Assembly: GCA_045629745.1 (NCBI GenBank)
Contig: JAZQRU010000044.1
Span: 7,258 to 71,257, forward strand
Length of the DNA: 64,000 nucleotides
Direction: 5' to 3'
Source of the DNA: Eubacteriales bacterium
GTDB taxonomy: Bacteria; Bacillota; Clostridia; Oscillospirales; CAG-272
Below are positions 9,113-18,496 of the stretch, one piece after another. Each line of letters opens with the position of its first letter. Positions within the stretch are counted from its first letter, which is position 1. The notes beneath the pieces are model-generated. The model saw nothing but the letters and a program-made list of their open reading frames with translations. It was not told where the DNA came from and searched no databases. Made by a program: the position numbers and the translations under genes.

Positions 9113-10087
9113 ATGACTGAAAGACAAGGAATTGCTATAGGCGGAACTATCATTATTGATAAAATAAACGAAATTTCTGCCTATCCCGAAATAGGAGAGC
9201 TTACGAAAATCAAGTCAGTTTCCTATGCTATCGGCGGTTGCGTTCCAAACGTGGGACTTGATTTAAAGAAATTAAGGCCCGCACTTGACGTTTTAGCTAT
9301 AGGAAAAATCGGTAAGGACTCAAACGGTGAGTTTGCTCTCAGCTCTTTGAAGGATGGCGGCATTGACACAAGCGGTATTGCCGAAAACGAACTTGACGCA
9401 ACAAGCTTTACCGAGGTTATGAGTATTGTCAACGGACAAAGAACCTTTTTTACATATCCTGGCGCGAGCGCCGATTTGGGCATTGACGATATTGATTTTG
9501 ACAAAATCAATTCTAAAATTTTGCATCTTGGATATTTTCTTCTCCTTGACAAGATAGATGCGGGCGACGGACTTAAGATTTTAAAGGAAGCCTCGAGGCG
9601 CGGAATAAAAACCTCTATCGACCTTGTAAGCGAAAACTCCGACAGATATTCCCTAGTTGTTCCCTGCCTTGAGTACACGGATTACTTAATCGTAAATGAG
9701 ATTGAGGCATCCAAGATAGCAGGAATTGAGCCTCTTGACGAAAACCTTATGGCAATTGCGGAAAAGCTTATGTCCTTCGGTGTGCGTGAAAAGGTTATAA
9801 TACATAAATCAGACAGGGCGGTAGCGTTCTCAAAAGAGGGCTTCACAACCGTTCCATCACTCGACGTTTCAAGTGAAAAAATTGCAGGAACGACGGGTGC
9901 CGGAGATGCTTTCTGCGCAGGCGCGCTTTTAGCAATTTACGACGAAAAAAGCGATAAAGAAATCCTTGAATTTGCATCTTCTGTTGCACTCGTTTCCCTT
10001 TTCTCTAAGGATGCGACAAGCGGAATCGTTTGCGAAGAAAGGATAAAAGAAATTTCAAAAGAATACGGTAGGAAAAAAATATGTTAG
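9113..10087 (+). CDS. PfkB family carbohydrate kinase
   Basis: 324 aa with the PfkB signature TTGAGDAFCAG near the C-terminus. The start abuts the stop of the upstream gene. Confidence 0.85.
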   Translation: MTERQGIAIGGTIIIDKINEISAYPEIGELTKIKSVSYAIGGCVPNVGLDLKKLRPALDVLAIGKIGKDSNGEFALSSLKDGGIDTSGIAENELDATSFTEVMSIVNGQRTFFTYPGASADLGIDDIDFDKINSKILHLGYFLLLDKIDAGDGLKILKEASRRGIKTSIDLVSENSDRYSLVVPCLEYTDYLIVNEIEASKIAGIEPLDENLMAIAEKLMSFGVREKVIIHKSDRAVAFSKEGFTTVPSLDVSSEKIAGTTGAGDAFCAGALLAIYDEKSDKEILEFASSVALVSLFSKDATSGIVCEERIKEISKEYGRKKIC

Positions 10088-10911
10088 TTAATTTAAACGA
10101 CGTTCTATACAAGGCACAAAAAGAACATTATGCGGTAGGCCTTTTCAACACTACCGACACGGATATGCTTGAAGCAGTTATTTCTGCCGCAGAAGAGCTT
10201 AATGCCCCTGTTATTATAGGAACGGCAGAGATACTTCTTCCTTACGGAGAGCTTAAGCTTATTGCTCCCGCGCTTATTGCTGCGGCAAAAAGAGCGAAAG
10301 TTCCCGTTGTTGTTCACTACGACCACGGCTTAACCTTTGAGCGTTGTATGGAGGCTTTGAAGCTCGGCTTCTCTTCCTTGATGTTCGACGGCTCAACCAA
10401 GAGCTACGAGGACAATATCGCAGAAACCCGCGAAATCGTTAAGATTGCAAAGGAATTCGGCGCAAGCGTTGAGGGTGAGATAGGCCACGTTGGAAGCAAC
10501 GATAACGAAGCAGACGGCAGTATGTATACCACTAAAGAAGAGGCTAAAGCTTATATTGAAGCTACGGGCGTTGACGCGCTTGCTATTGCTATCGGAACGG
10601 CTCACGGTGTTTACAAGCAGAAGCCCAAGCTTAACCTCGAGCGCCTTGAAGAAATCAGAGCTACGGTTGAGACTCCCCTCGTTATTCACGGCGGAAGCGG
10701 TCTTTCCGACGACGATTTTAGAAACAGCATCGCCAAGGGTGTTGCTAAAATGAATATCTTTACCGATATTTGCCTTGCAGGCGAGCGCGCTATGAAGGAT
10801 GCTCTCGACCAGGGACTCGGTTATCTTAAGGCAAGAGAACTTAAGGTTCAGTATATGAAAGAGACCGTTATGGGCAAAATCAAACTTTTCGGTTCTGTCG
10901 GTAAGGCTTAA
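10081..10911 (+). CDS. Class II ketose-bisphosphate aldolase (FBA/tagatose-bisphosphate aldolase family)
   Basis: 276 aa. Motifs VHYDHG, GEIGHVG, AIGTAHG and HGGSG. Overlaps the kinase gene by 7 nt. Confidence 0.88.
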   Translation: MLVNLNDVLYKAQKEHYAVGLFNTTDTDMLEAVISAAEELNAPVIIGTAEILLPYGELKLIAPALIAAAKRAKVPVVVHYDHGLTFERCMEALKLGFSSLMFDGSTKSYEDNIAETREIVKIAKEFGASVEGEIGHVGSNDNEADGSMYTTKEEAKAYIEATGVDALAIAIGTAHGVYKQKPKLNLERLEEIRATVETPLVIHGGSGLSDDDFRNSIAKGVAKMNIFTDICLAGERAMKDALDQGLGYLKARELKVQYMKETVMGKIKLFGSVGKA

Positions 10912-11067
10912 TAACCCGAACTTTATAACGGCAAAGGCAGAAATATACAAAGCAATTCCAGAAATTTAACAGACTCCTTAAAACAAAAAAATACCGACTA
11001 TTCGTCGGCAAAGTAAGCTATTAAATTTCAGAAGCTCTGCGATATGATTTACTGGAATTAAAATAGA

Positions 11068-11100
11068 GAAGGCAGACACAAATAAGTGTCTGCCTTTTGT
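11068..11100. terminator. Intrinsic terminator between the convergent aldolase operon and metK
   Basis: Stem GGCAGACAC/GTGTCTGCC followed by TTTT. Confidence 0.7.
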
Positions 11101-11165
11101 CATAATGATGGAGAATATAAAATCTCTATCGTTTAGAATTCCCTGATGCTAAAGCGATTTTGATT

Positions 11166-12350
11166 TTATTCAGCGCACATTTCGCGGAGCTTGTCTGCGA
11201 TGTCGCAGATTTCCCACTTAACGCCAAGCTCTTCTCTTCCCATATGGCCGTAAGCCGCGAGGTCCTTGTATATGGGCTTTCTGAGGTCGAACTTTTTGAT
11301 TATTGCAGCGGGGCGTAAATCAACGAGAGCGTTTACGGCTTCCGAAATCTTCTCTTCAGGGCATACTGCCGTGCCAAAAGTATCTATCATAACGGAAACG
11401 GGCTTTGCGATACCTATAGCGTAAGCTATCTGTACCTCGCATTTTTTAGCAAGCCCTGCTTTTACGATATTTTTAGCAACGTATCTTGCGGCATAGGATG
11501 CGCTTCTGTCAACCTTTGTGGGATCCTTGCCCGAGAATGCGCCGCCGCCGTGTCTTGAATAGCCGCCGTAGGTATCAACGATAATTTTTCTTCCCGTAAG
11601 ACCTGTATCACCCTGAGGGCCGCCGATAACGAATCTTCCTGTGGGGTTGATATGTATATTCACCTTTCCGTCCATAAGAGAGGTAGGAATAACGGGGAGA
11701 ATAACGTTTTCAATAATGTCTTTTCTGATAGTTGCGGAATCAATCTCGGCGCTGTGCTGAGAAGAAATAACGATAGTATCAATTCTCTTAGCAACACCGT
11801 CAACGTATTCAACGGTAACCTGAGTTTTTCCGTCGGGGCGAAGATAGGAGAGCTTGCCCGATTTTCTAACCTCGGTAAGCTTTTGTGCAAGCTTATGAGC
11901 AAGAGAAATAGGAAGAGGCATAAGCTCCTCAGTTTCATCGCATGCATAACCGAACATAAGCCCCTGGTCGCCCGCACCGGTATCAAGCTCGTCGGTGATT
12001 TCACCGTTCTTCGCTTCAAGCGATTTGTCAACACCGAGAGCAATATCAGCGCTCTGCTCGTGAATTGAGCTTAAAACCGCGCAAGTACCTGCATCAAAGC
12101 CGTACTTTGCTCTGTCATAGCCTATCTCAGTTACGGTTTCTCTTACGATTTTCTGAATATCAACGCGCGCTTTAGTGGTTATTTCACCCATTACCGTGAT
12201 AATGCCCGTCGTTGCAAAGGTTTCGCAAGCTACACGGCTCATAGGGTCCTGCTTTAACATTTCGTCAAGTATTGCATCGGAAATCTTATCACAGATTTTG
12301 TCGGGATGTCCTTCCGTTACCGATTCAGACGTAAAAAGTATTTTTTTCAT
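11166..12350 (-). CDS. metK: S-adenosylmethionine synthetase
   Basis: 394 aa. [28 protein letters not shown] and [16 protein letters not shown]. Confidence 0.97.
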   Translation of the reverse strand: MKKILFTSESVTEGHPDKICDKISDAILDEMLKQDPMSRVACETFATTGIITVMGEITTKARVDIQKIVRETVTEIGYDRAKYGFDAGTCAVLSSIHEQSADIALGVDKSLEAKNGEITDELDTGAGDQGLMFGYACDETEELMPLPISLAHKLAQKLTEVRKSGKLSYLRPDGKTQVTVEYVDGVAKRIDTIVISSQHSAEIDSATIRKDIIENVILPVIPTSLMDGKVNIHINPTGRFVIGGPQGDTGLTGRKIIVDTYGGYSRHGGGAFSGKDPTKVDRSASYAARYVAKNIVKAGLAKKCEVQIAYAIGIAKPVSVMIDTFGTAVCPEEKISEAVNALVDLRPAAIIKKFDLRKPIYKDLAAYGHMGREELGVKWEICDIADKLREMCAE

Positions 12351-12372
12351 TTTTCTCTCCTTCGCTTATCAA

Positions 12373-12503
12373 TAAAAAAGCGGAAATTGCACAAGGCAAC
12401 TCCCGACCGCGATACAACTCATCTGTCAGGAATTAGCACCTTATACTTTTGTATAGGTTGCCGGGCTTCACAGGGCCAGTCCCTCCGCCGCTCTTGATAA
12501 GCA
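12373..12503 (-). promoter_or_regulatory. SAM-I (S-box) riboswitch with expression-platform terminator
   Basis: The minus strand reads CTTATCAAGAGCGGCGGAGGGACTGGCCCTGTGAAGCCCGGCAACC...AAGGTGCTAATTCCTGACAG, matching the S-box core. A hairpin plus T6 then follows, immediately upstream of metK. Confidence 0.9.
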
Positions 12504-12571
12504 TTATTTTATTTTTCGATTAAGTATAACATAATCTTTCATAAAAATCAATAGTTTTTCAAAAAATTTTT

Positions 12572-12627
12572 CAGAAAAAGAAAAGCAGAATGAAAATTCG
12601 GACTCGTGTGGAATTTCAATTCTGCTT
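12572..12627 (-). terminator. Intrinsic terminator after the PPi-PFK gene
   Basis: Imperfect 15-bp stem (GCAGAATTGAAATTC/GAATTTTCATTCTGC on the minus strand) followed by a T-rich tract. Confidence 0.65.
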
Positions 12628-12644
12628 CATTTTATTTGTTGTTT

Positions 12645-13895
12645 TTAAATAATTACGTGCTTCGGTAAGCCATTTTCGTATTTAATCGAAATTTCACCGA
12701 TAATAAGAGGCTTAAGATAATCAACGCCTGCGTCGGTTATTCCGTTGCCATCTTCGTTTATAAATTCCAGAGGAACGCGCTTAACCTCGTTTGCGATATT
12801 TGCAATATTTTCTGAGCCTATCGTTACGTAATATTCGTCGCCAGCCTTGCGGTCTATCGTCATCATAATGCCCGTTTTTCCGTCAATTGCAGCAAATACC
12901 GCGCCTCTGCCTACCATAACAGATTCGTTTATATCGGTGCCTGATGCAATATGAGATGCGCAGCGCTGAGTTAAGCTAAGCTCTATTGATCTTACCTTGC
13001 AGCCTACTCTTTCCTTTACAACGGATTCAAGAACCTTTCCGGCACCAGAGAGCGCTACGTGGCCGAATGCATCAACAGCTCTGCCTCTTGTTCCAGCGCC
13101 TACGTAGCTTCCGTCTGCAAATCTTATACCCTCAGAAACCGCAACGAGAAGCGCGTTGTGATCCTCAAGCTTCTTTTCGATATCCGCGATAAATTTTTCA
13201 AGATCAAAGGCTCTTTCGGGAAGATAAATAAGGTCGGGAGCTATTCCTCCGGCAACCTTGGTGAGCGCTGCGGATGCCGTGAGCCAACCTGCATCTCTAC
13301 CCATAATTTCAACAATAGTAACCGCTTTCATAGTATAAACGGATATATCTCTCTGAATTTCCTTAAGAGTCGTTGCAACGAATTTAGCCGCAGAGCCGAA
13401 GCCTGGGGTATGGTCGGTTACCATAAGGTCGTTATCAATAGTTTTGGGAACACCTACAACCTTAATATCATATTCGTGCGAAGCGGCATACTGCGAAAGC
13501 TTAAGAACGGTATCCATTGAGTCGTTTCCACCGATGTAGAAAAAATATCTTATATTGTATTTCTTAAATGTTTCAATAAGCTTTTCGTAGGTTTCGGGAT
13601 CAGCCTCGGGGGACTTCATTTTCTTTCTGCAAGAGCCGAGCGCTGCGGCTGGTGTTGCTTCAAGGGTTTCAAGTTCTGAAACGTCTGAAAAACGCTCGTT
13701 AAGATTAACGAGTCTTTCTTCAAGCAAGCCCTCGATACCGTTTCTCATACCGTAGATGGTATCAATAATCCCCTTTTCACGAGCTTTAAATGCGCCTTTA
13801 ATAACTCCCGAGAGGGTTGCGTTGATTGCCGCCGTAGGTCCGCCTGACTGACCGACAACCGCATTACCTTTTAAAACTTCCATTTCTTTAAGCAT
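12645..13895 (-). CDS. pfp: Pyrophosphate-dependent 6-phosphofructokinase
   Basis: GGPTAAINA, GGNDSMD (Asp at the position that is Gly in ATP-PFK) and PKTIDNDL (Lys rather than Gly) all point to PPi dependence. I place the start at the internal ATG 13895 (AAAGGA RBS) rather than the track start at 13952. Confidence 0.85.
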   Translation of the reverse strand: MLKEMEVLKGNAVVGQSGGPTAAINATLSGVIKGAFKAREKGIIDTIYGMRNGIEGLLEERLVNLNERFSDVSELETLEATPAAALGSCRKKMKSPEADPETYEKLIETFKKYNIRYFFYIGGNDSMDTVLKLSQYAASHEYDIKVVGVPKTIDNDLMVTDHTPGFGSAAKFVATTLKEIQRDISVYTMKAVTIVEIMGRDAGWLTASAALTKVAGGIAPDLIYLPERAFDLEKFIADIEKKLEDHNALLVAVSEGIRFADGSYVGAGTRGRAVDAFGHVALSGAGKVLESVVKERVGCKVRSIELSLTQRCASHIASGTDINESVMVGRGAVFAAIDGKTGIMMTIDRKAGDEYYVTIGSENIANIANEVKRVPLEFINEDGNGITDAGVDYLKPLIIGEISIKYENGLPKHVII

Positions 13896-13948
13896 TTTGG
13901 CATCCTTTCGTTTTCTACAACTTATTTTAACACATTGCATATTTTTTT

Positions 13949-14482
13949 TCAATATCTTTTATAAAAATCATTTATTTTACTGAGGTTTAAGTGCGACAAC
14001 GAAGTTTTTACATATCTTTTTCTGTCAAATCCGAAATCACCGAAATATGCGTGTTCATATAAATCAAGAGCGAGAAGAGGCTCCGCATTTAGCAAAACGT
14101 CGGTAAGATTTGCTCCCACCGTGAAATTAAGCCTCCTTTTGCGCTCTACGTACACAAGAAGAAAGCCATAGTCTGCGCTTTTTGAAATCTCATTTTCTAT
14201 TTCATAAAGAAAATTCGCCTCTGAGCCGAAAAAGCTTCTTACCGCCGCCGACGAAAAGATTTCTTCAGAAAAGGAATCGAAATAAAGCTCGTGCAAAATT
14301 ATTTTACTACGCAGCTCAAGGCACTCCGCCTTCGCGTCACTCGCAAGATGCGCCGTTCTTATTTCGTTAAAGCTTAAGCCGGCTACTGAAGGATAGCTTT
14401 TTTCAAGCACAGAATATTTGAGCTTCAGATTCTTTAAAAATTCCTTGTGCTTTAAAACGTTGTATTCCGAGAGAAAATGCAT
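13949..14482 (-). CDS. Divergent Fe/Mn superoxide dismutase-like protein
   Basis: 177 aa. The C-terminal LDLYEHAYF matches the SOD D-x-W-E-H-A-Y-Y motif, and LHELYF and LKHKEF sit where the other His ligands lie. The rest of the sequence is very divergent. Confidence 0.55.
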   Translation of the reverse strand: MHFLSEYNVLKHKEFLKNLKLKYSVLEKSYPSVAGLSFNEIRTAHLASDAKAECLELRSKIILHELYFDSFSEEIFSSAAVRSFFGSEANFLYEIENEISKSADYGFLLVYVERKRRLNFTVGANLTDVLLNAEPLLALDLYEHAYFGDFGFDRKRYVKTSLSHLNLSKINDFYKRY

Positions 14483-14495
14483 ATAAAAAACTCCA

Positions 14496-14536
14496 TAAAA
14501 AAAGACTTTTTACAATATATGCAAAAGTCTTTTTTA
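14496..14536 (-). terminator. Intrinsic terminator after hslO
   Basis: Stem AAAAGACTTT/AAAGTCTTTT with a following T-run on the minus strand. Confidence 0.7.
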
Positions 14537-14539
14537 TAA

Positions 14540-15418
14540 TTACAAAAGTTCTTGCTCGGTAAAGGTATATTCGGCATTGCAAAAGCTACAAATTGCCGTA
14601 AGCTCGCGAGCTTTTCCCTCTGCTTCCTGTTCTGAAAGCATTTTTTTAATCTCTTCTTTGCCAACAGACTTTATCTTCTTAAGCATTCTTTTTCTTGAAC
14701 AGTTGCACTTATAGGAAACCTCTAGAGAATCAAAGGGATCATACGGAATATCGCGCATTGCAATGTCCATAATTTCCTTGTTTGAAAGCCCTTTTTCAAA
14801 GCAGCGTGAAATATTTGACAAATCTGCCGCGTTTCTTTCTATAAGGTCGACGGTTGCTTCGTCAGAAAAAGGCATAAGCTGAATAAGGACACCGCCTGCG
14901 GCAAGACAGGAATAATCTCTGTCCACAAGAACACCAAGAGAAAGAACTGTCGGAATCTGCTCGCTTGTGGCAAAATACGTTGCCAAATCCTCGGCAATTT
15001 CGCCGCTTACGATTTCCGACATTCCCGTTTGCGGCTCGTTATTTCCAACGTCTTTTATTACGACGACAGTACCTCTGCCAACTGCTGTGCCAACGTCTAG
15101 CTTTCCGTTAGGTTTTTTAGGCGGATTTACCAAGGGATTTTGAATATATCCCTTAACGTTTCCAAAATAGTCGGCAACCGCGAGAATTTTCCCCGCTTCT
15201 CCGTCACCCGATATGTTTACAGTAACGGTGTCGCTCTCTTCGGGAAGCATTGTTCCTATCATAGAAGCAGCGGTGAGAGTTCTGCCCAGCGCTGCCGTAG
15301 CAGTGGGCGAGGTTTTATGGGCTTTTATCATAGCATTTACTATTTCTTTTGAGTTTATTACCAAAATTCTTGCAGAGCCGTCACGCGTCATAGCTCTTAA
15401 AATCGTTGATTTTTCCAT
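14540..15418 (-). CDS. hslO: Redox-regulated chaperone Hsp33
   Basis: C-terminal zinc centre CNCSRKR...CSFCNAEY. I place the start at ATG 15418, which overlaps the upstream stop as TAATG. Confidence 0.9.
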   Translation of the reverse strand: MEKSTILRAMTRDGSARILVINSKEIVNAMIKAHKTSPTATAALGRTLTAASMIGTMLPEESDTVTVNISGDGEAGKILAVADYFGNVKGYIQNPLVNPPKKPNGKLDVGTAVGRGTVVVIKDVGNNEPQTGMSEIVSGEIAEDLATYFATSEQIPTVLSLGVLVDRDYSCLAAGGVLIQLMPFSDEATVDLIERNAADLSNISRCFEKGLSNKEIMDIAMRDIPYDPFDSLEVSYKCNCSRKRMLKKIKSVGKEEIKKMLSEQEAEGKARELTAICSFCNAEYTFTEQELL

Positions 15419-16176
15419 TATAAGTTCTCTTTCTTGCATTTTGCAACTATATAAATTCTCTCGTCGGCATCCGTTGCCTCGGTATAGTTAAAGTCTGAAT
15501 ACACGCCGATAAATTCAAAGCCCGAGCTAACAAGAGCCTTTTGCATATCGGAAATAAGATACATCTTCTCGGTTTGCTCCTCGTCATAACGCCTGTAATC
15601 TCCGTTTTGCAATTCATTAAAAAGGCTTATGTAAAAATTGCAAAGGCGCGTTTTTGAGTCATAATCGTTTTGCCATACGCAAAAGCTCTCTTCGGTTTCT
15701 ATTGCGTAGCACTCGTCGGCATAAATATTTTCAAACTTATATTTTCCGTTTATATCGAAAATAAAAATTCCGTCGGGATTAAGATAATTATGGACAAGAC
15801 TAAAGCACTTTTTAACATCTTTATCACACGTCAGATGATTTATACTGTCAAGCGTTGAAACAACGAGGTCCACCGTTCCGTAAAGCTCAAATTCTCTCAT
15901 ATCCTGGCAAAGCCAAAGCACGTTAAGAGCTTTATTCTCTGCTCTTTCTCTTGCGATACCAAGCATTTCAGTTGAATAATCAACACCAATCATATCGTAG
16001 CCGCGAGAGGCTAATTCAAGCGTCATACTTCCCGTGCCGCACGCCAAATCAAGAATAAGCTCGGGGCGCTTTCCAAGCTTATCTTTAGCGGTTTTTTCTA
16101 TAAAATCCGCCCATTTTTTATAATCAAGCTCTTTGTTTATCTCGTCGTAAACCGGAGCTAACAAATCATATATCAT
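15418..16176 (-). CDS. Class I SAM-dependent methyltransferase
   Basis: SAM-binding motif ILDLACGTGSMT. I place the start at ATG 16176 with an AGGAG RBS. Confidence 0.8.
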   Translation of the reverse strand: MIYDLLAPVYDEINKELDYKKWADFIEKTAKDKLGKRPELILDLACGTGSMTLELASRGYDMIGVDYSTEMLGIARERAENKALNVLWLCQDMREFELYGTVDLVVSTLDSINHLTCDKDVKKCFSLVHNYLNPDGIFIFDINGKYKFENIYADECYAIETEESFCVWQNDYDSKTRLCNFYISLFNELQNGDYRRYDEEQTEKMYLISDMQKALVSSGFEFIGVYSDFNYTEATDADERIYIVAKCKKENL

Positions 16177-16184
16177 TTTTTCTC

Positions 16185-17069
16185 CTATGTAATCGAATAT
16201 GCGTAATGCGCGTTTACACCGCACTCACGAAGCTTTTTTTCTGCAAGGCGCGCACTTTTCTCGTCGCTGAAAACACCGAAAACACTAGGACCGCTTCCGC
16301 TCATAAGTGTTGCCATAGCTCCGTATTCTTTAAGGCTTTGCTTGATTTTTTCTGCCTTCGGGCATATAGGAAGCACCGCAGGCTCAAAAACGTTAAAAAG
16401 CGAGTCTTGTGAAAGCGTGCCGTTTTTCATATCAAGGATCAGGCGTGAATAATAAGCATTTCCGCCTGTTCTAACACTTCCGTCAAAGCCCGAATAGATT
16501 TCGTCAAGGCGCTTATATGCCGTGGGGGTTGAAACGTGCTCGTTTCCAACGGCTATAACAAAATGCATATTAAGACTATCGGGAAGCTTCGTCATAATCT
16601 CTCCCCGCCCTTCGCAGAGTGCCGTTTTTCCGTAAAGACAGAAAGGAATGTCACTTCCAAGCTCCGAGGCAATCGAGGCTAAGGCTTTGTCGGAAAAAAG
16701 CTTGCCGAAAATTTTATTGAGCGCCTTAAGCACCGCTGCCGCATCCGCAGAGCCGCCCGCAAGACCTGCCGCAACGGGAATATTTTTGCGCATAGTGATT
16801 TCAAGATCTGCGCTCAAAGAAGCTCTTTCCAAAAAAAGTGCCGCCGCGCGATAGGCAAGATTTTTGCAGTCTGTCGGAATAAATCTGTTTCCCGTAACAA
16901 AAAGCTTTATTTTAGTTGCTTTTGAAGGAATATATTTGACGCTTATTTCGTCGCATAACGAAACCGTGTGCATAATGCTTTTAATATCGTGAAAGCCGTC
17001 TTCTCTTTGCGATACGACGTCAAGATATAAATTTATCTTAGCGTTTGCCCGTTCCTTTTGTATTCTCAT
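16185..17069 (-). CDS. ispE: 4-diphosphocytidyl-2-C-methyl-D-erythritol kinase
   Basis: 294 aa. AKINLYLDV start and the GHMP kinase motif PVAAGLAGGSADAAA. Confidence 0.92.
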   Translation of the reverse strand: MRIQKERANAKINLYLDVVSQREDGFHDIKSIMHTVSLCDEISVKYIPSKATKIKLFVTGNRFIPTDCKNLAYRAAALFLERASLSADLEITMRKNIPVAAGLAGGSADAAAVLKALNKIFGKLFSDKALASIASELGSDIPFCLYGKTALCEGRGEIMTKLPDSLNMHFVIAVGNEHVSTPTAYKRLDEIYSGFDGSVRTGGNAYYSRLILDMKNGTLSQDSLFNVFEPAVLPICPKAEKIKQSLKEYGAMATLMSGSGPSVFGVFSDEKSARLAEKKLRECGVNAHYAYSIT

Positions 17070-17174
17070 TTACTGCTCCTAAACTTTACTGCAATCATTA
17101 TACACTAAATAAAAGCAAAAAGCAAGCGGAAATACGCGCTCGCACAAATAAAAGAAATTTTTAGCGAAAATCAC

Positions 17175-17203
17175 TTGACAAAATTAAATATATGTGTTAT
17201 TAT
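17175..17203 (+). promoter_or_regulatory. Sigma-A promoter of the rpsF-ssb-rpsR operon
   Basis: TTGACA, 17-nt spacer, TATTAT. Confidence 0.7.
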
Positions 17204-17281
17204 ATTTTAGTCGTTTGGGCAAATGGCCCAACGCCCCTTGCCACGGCACGTGGCCTAAAGTCCATAAGGAGGTGTAATACA
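17204..17281 (+). promoter_or_regulatory. Structured 5' leader of rpsF (candidate S6:S18 autoregulatory leader)
   Basis: Two hairpins, TTGGGC-AAATG-GCCCAA and CCACG-GCA-CGTGG, lie immediately before the AAGGAGG RBS. Confidence 0.35.
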
Positions 17282-17641
17282 ATGGAAAAGAAGATTTGTT
17301 CTTACGAAACTCTCTTCGCAGTAAGCGGCAATCTCGGTGAAGAAGATTGCAAGGCTCTCGTTGAGAAGTTCGTAAATCTCATTAAAGACAACGCATCTGA
17401 CGTTGAAGTTAATGAGTGGGGTAAACGCAGATTCGCATATCCTATCAATTACGTTACTGAGGGATATTACGTTCTCGTTAACTTCAAGAGCGAGCCGAAC
17501 TTCCCCACTGAGCTTGAGCGTGTATTCGGAATTACCGAGGGTATTCTCCGTTATATGACTACTACGAAGCTTGAGAAGCCCGGTAAGTCTCTCGAACCCA
17601 AAGAAGAAGCTGCTCCCGTTTCCGAAGACGCGGAAGCTTAA
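17282..17641 (+). CDS. rpsF: 30S ribosomal protein S6
   Basis: YETLFAV..., RFAYPI. I place the start at ATG 17282 behind AAGGAGG; the track start at 17192 is an upstream in-frame artefact. Confidence 0.95.
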   Translation: MEKKICSYETLFAVSGNLGEEDCKALVEKFVNLIKDNASDVEVNEWGKRRFAYPINYVTEGYYVLVNFKSEPNFPTELERVFGITEGILRYMTTTKLEKPGKSLEPKEEAAPVSEDAEA

Positions 17642-17661
17642 TCATTTGAGGAGGCAGAAAA

Positions 17662-18114
17662 ATGGCAAGTTTTAACAAGGTCATTCTAATCGGTAATATG
17701 ACTGCTGATCCCGAGCTTAAGCAGACTTCTGCCGGAACTTCGGTTTGCAGTTTCTCAATAGCGATTAACCGTCGCTTTGCAAAAGCCGATCAAGGTCAAC
17801 AGAACGTTGACTTCATCAATATCGTTACCTGGCGTCAGCAGGCTGAGTTCGTGCAGCGCTACTTCAAAAAAGGTAACCCCATTCTTGTTTGCGGACAGCT
17901 TCAGACAAGAACTTGGACCGACAATCAGGGACAGAAGAGATATGCAACCGAGGTTGTGGCAGACGAGGTTTCCTTCGTTGCTCCCGCATCTCAGGGTGCA
18001 CAGGCTCAGCCCTCAGGCTCAGCTTATACTCCTGATTCCTATTCGTCTCCCGCATTTAACGCAGGCGGCGCAAACTTCGAAGAAATCCCTAACGACGATA
18101 GCCTACCCTTCTAA
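17662..18114 (+). CDS. ssb: Single-stranded DNA-binding protein
   Basis: 150 aa. NKVILIGNMTADPEL OB fold and an acidic tip DDSLPF. Confidence 0.95.
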   Translation: MASFNKVILIGNMTADPELKQTSAGTSVCSFSIAINRRFAKADQGQQNVDFINIVTWRQQAEFVQRYFKKGNPILVCGQLQTRTWTDNQGQKRYATEVVADEVSFVAPASQGAQAQPSGSAYTPDSYSSPAFNAGGANFEEIPNDDSLPF

Positions 18115-18188
18115 GAGATAAGGCTCGTCCTCCTTCGTTTGGCTCACAACGAAAGGAGTAATACAGTAATCGTGAGTCGGAAAGGTTT

Positions 18189-18452
18189 ATGGACTATCTA
18201 ATGGATAGAAATGATACACAGCGTCCCGCATTCCGTCCTATGCACAGAAGAAAGAAGGTTTGCAACTTCTGCCAGGATAAAGTTGACGGAATCGACTACA
18301 AAGACGTAGCAAAGCTCAGGAAGTACATTTCCGAGCGCGCAAAGATTCTCCCCAGACGTGTTTCCGGCACATGCGCTCTTCACCAGAGACAGCTCACTAC
18401 AGCTATCAAGAGAGCTCGCCAGATGGCACTTCTTCCCTACATTTCAAACTAA
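18189..18452 (+). CDS. rpsR: 30S ribosomal protein S18
   Basis: RRKKVCNFC...[21 protein letters not shown]. The start could instead be the ATG at 18201. Confidence 0.93.
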   Translation: MDYLMDRNDTQRPAFRPMHRRKKVCNFCQDKVDGIDYKDVAKLRKYISERAKILPRRVSGTCALHQRQLTTAIKRARQMALLPYISN

Positions 18453-18462
18453 TAGGGACTAT

Positions 18463-18493
18463 AAAAAACGGAGTCACTCGACTCCGTTTTTTT
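18463..18493. terminator. Bidirectional intrinsic terminator
   Basis: Stem CGGAGTC/GACTCCG with loop ACTC, flanked by A6 and T7. Confidence 0.85.
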
Positions 18494-18496
18494 ATT

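Noticed and set aside
12306-12497. 63-aa ORF upstream of metK.
   Set aside because: It lies antisense over the clearly recognisable SAM-I riboswitch.
13896-13952. N-terminal extensions proposed by the ORF track at 13952 (pfp) and, likewise, 15439 (hslO), 16224 (methyltransferase), 17192 (rpsF), 22058 (rpsP), 32834 (spoIIGA), 45329 (nadK), 48864 (nusB), 57038 (rpmA), 58952 (MBL) and 63349 (pepP).
   Set aside because: In each case an internal ATG is preceded by a good Shine-Dalgarno sequence and matches the conserved N-terminus of the family. The extension overlaps the upstream gene or the RBS itself.
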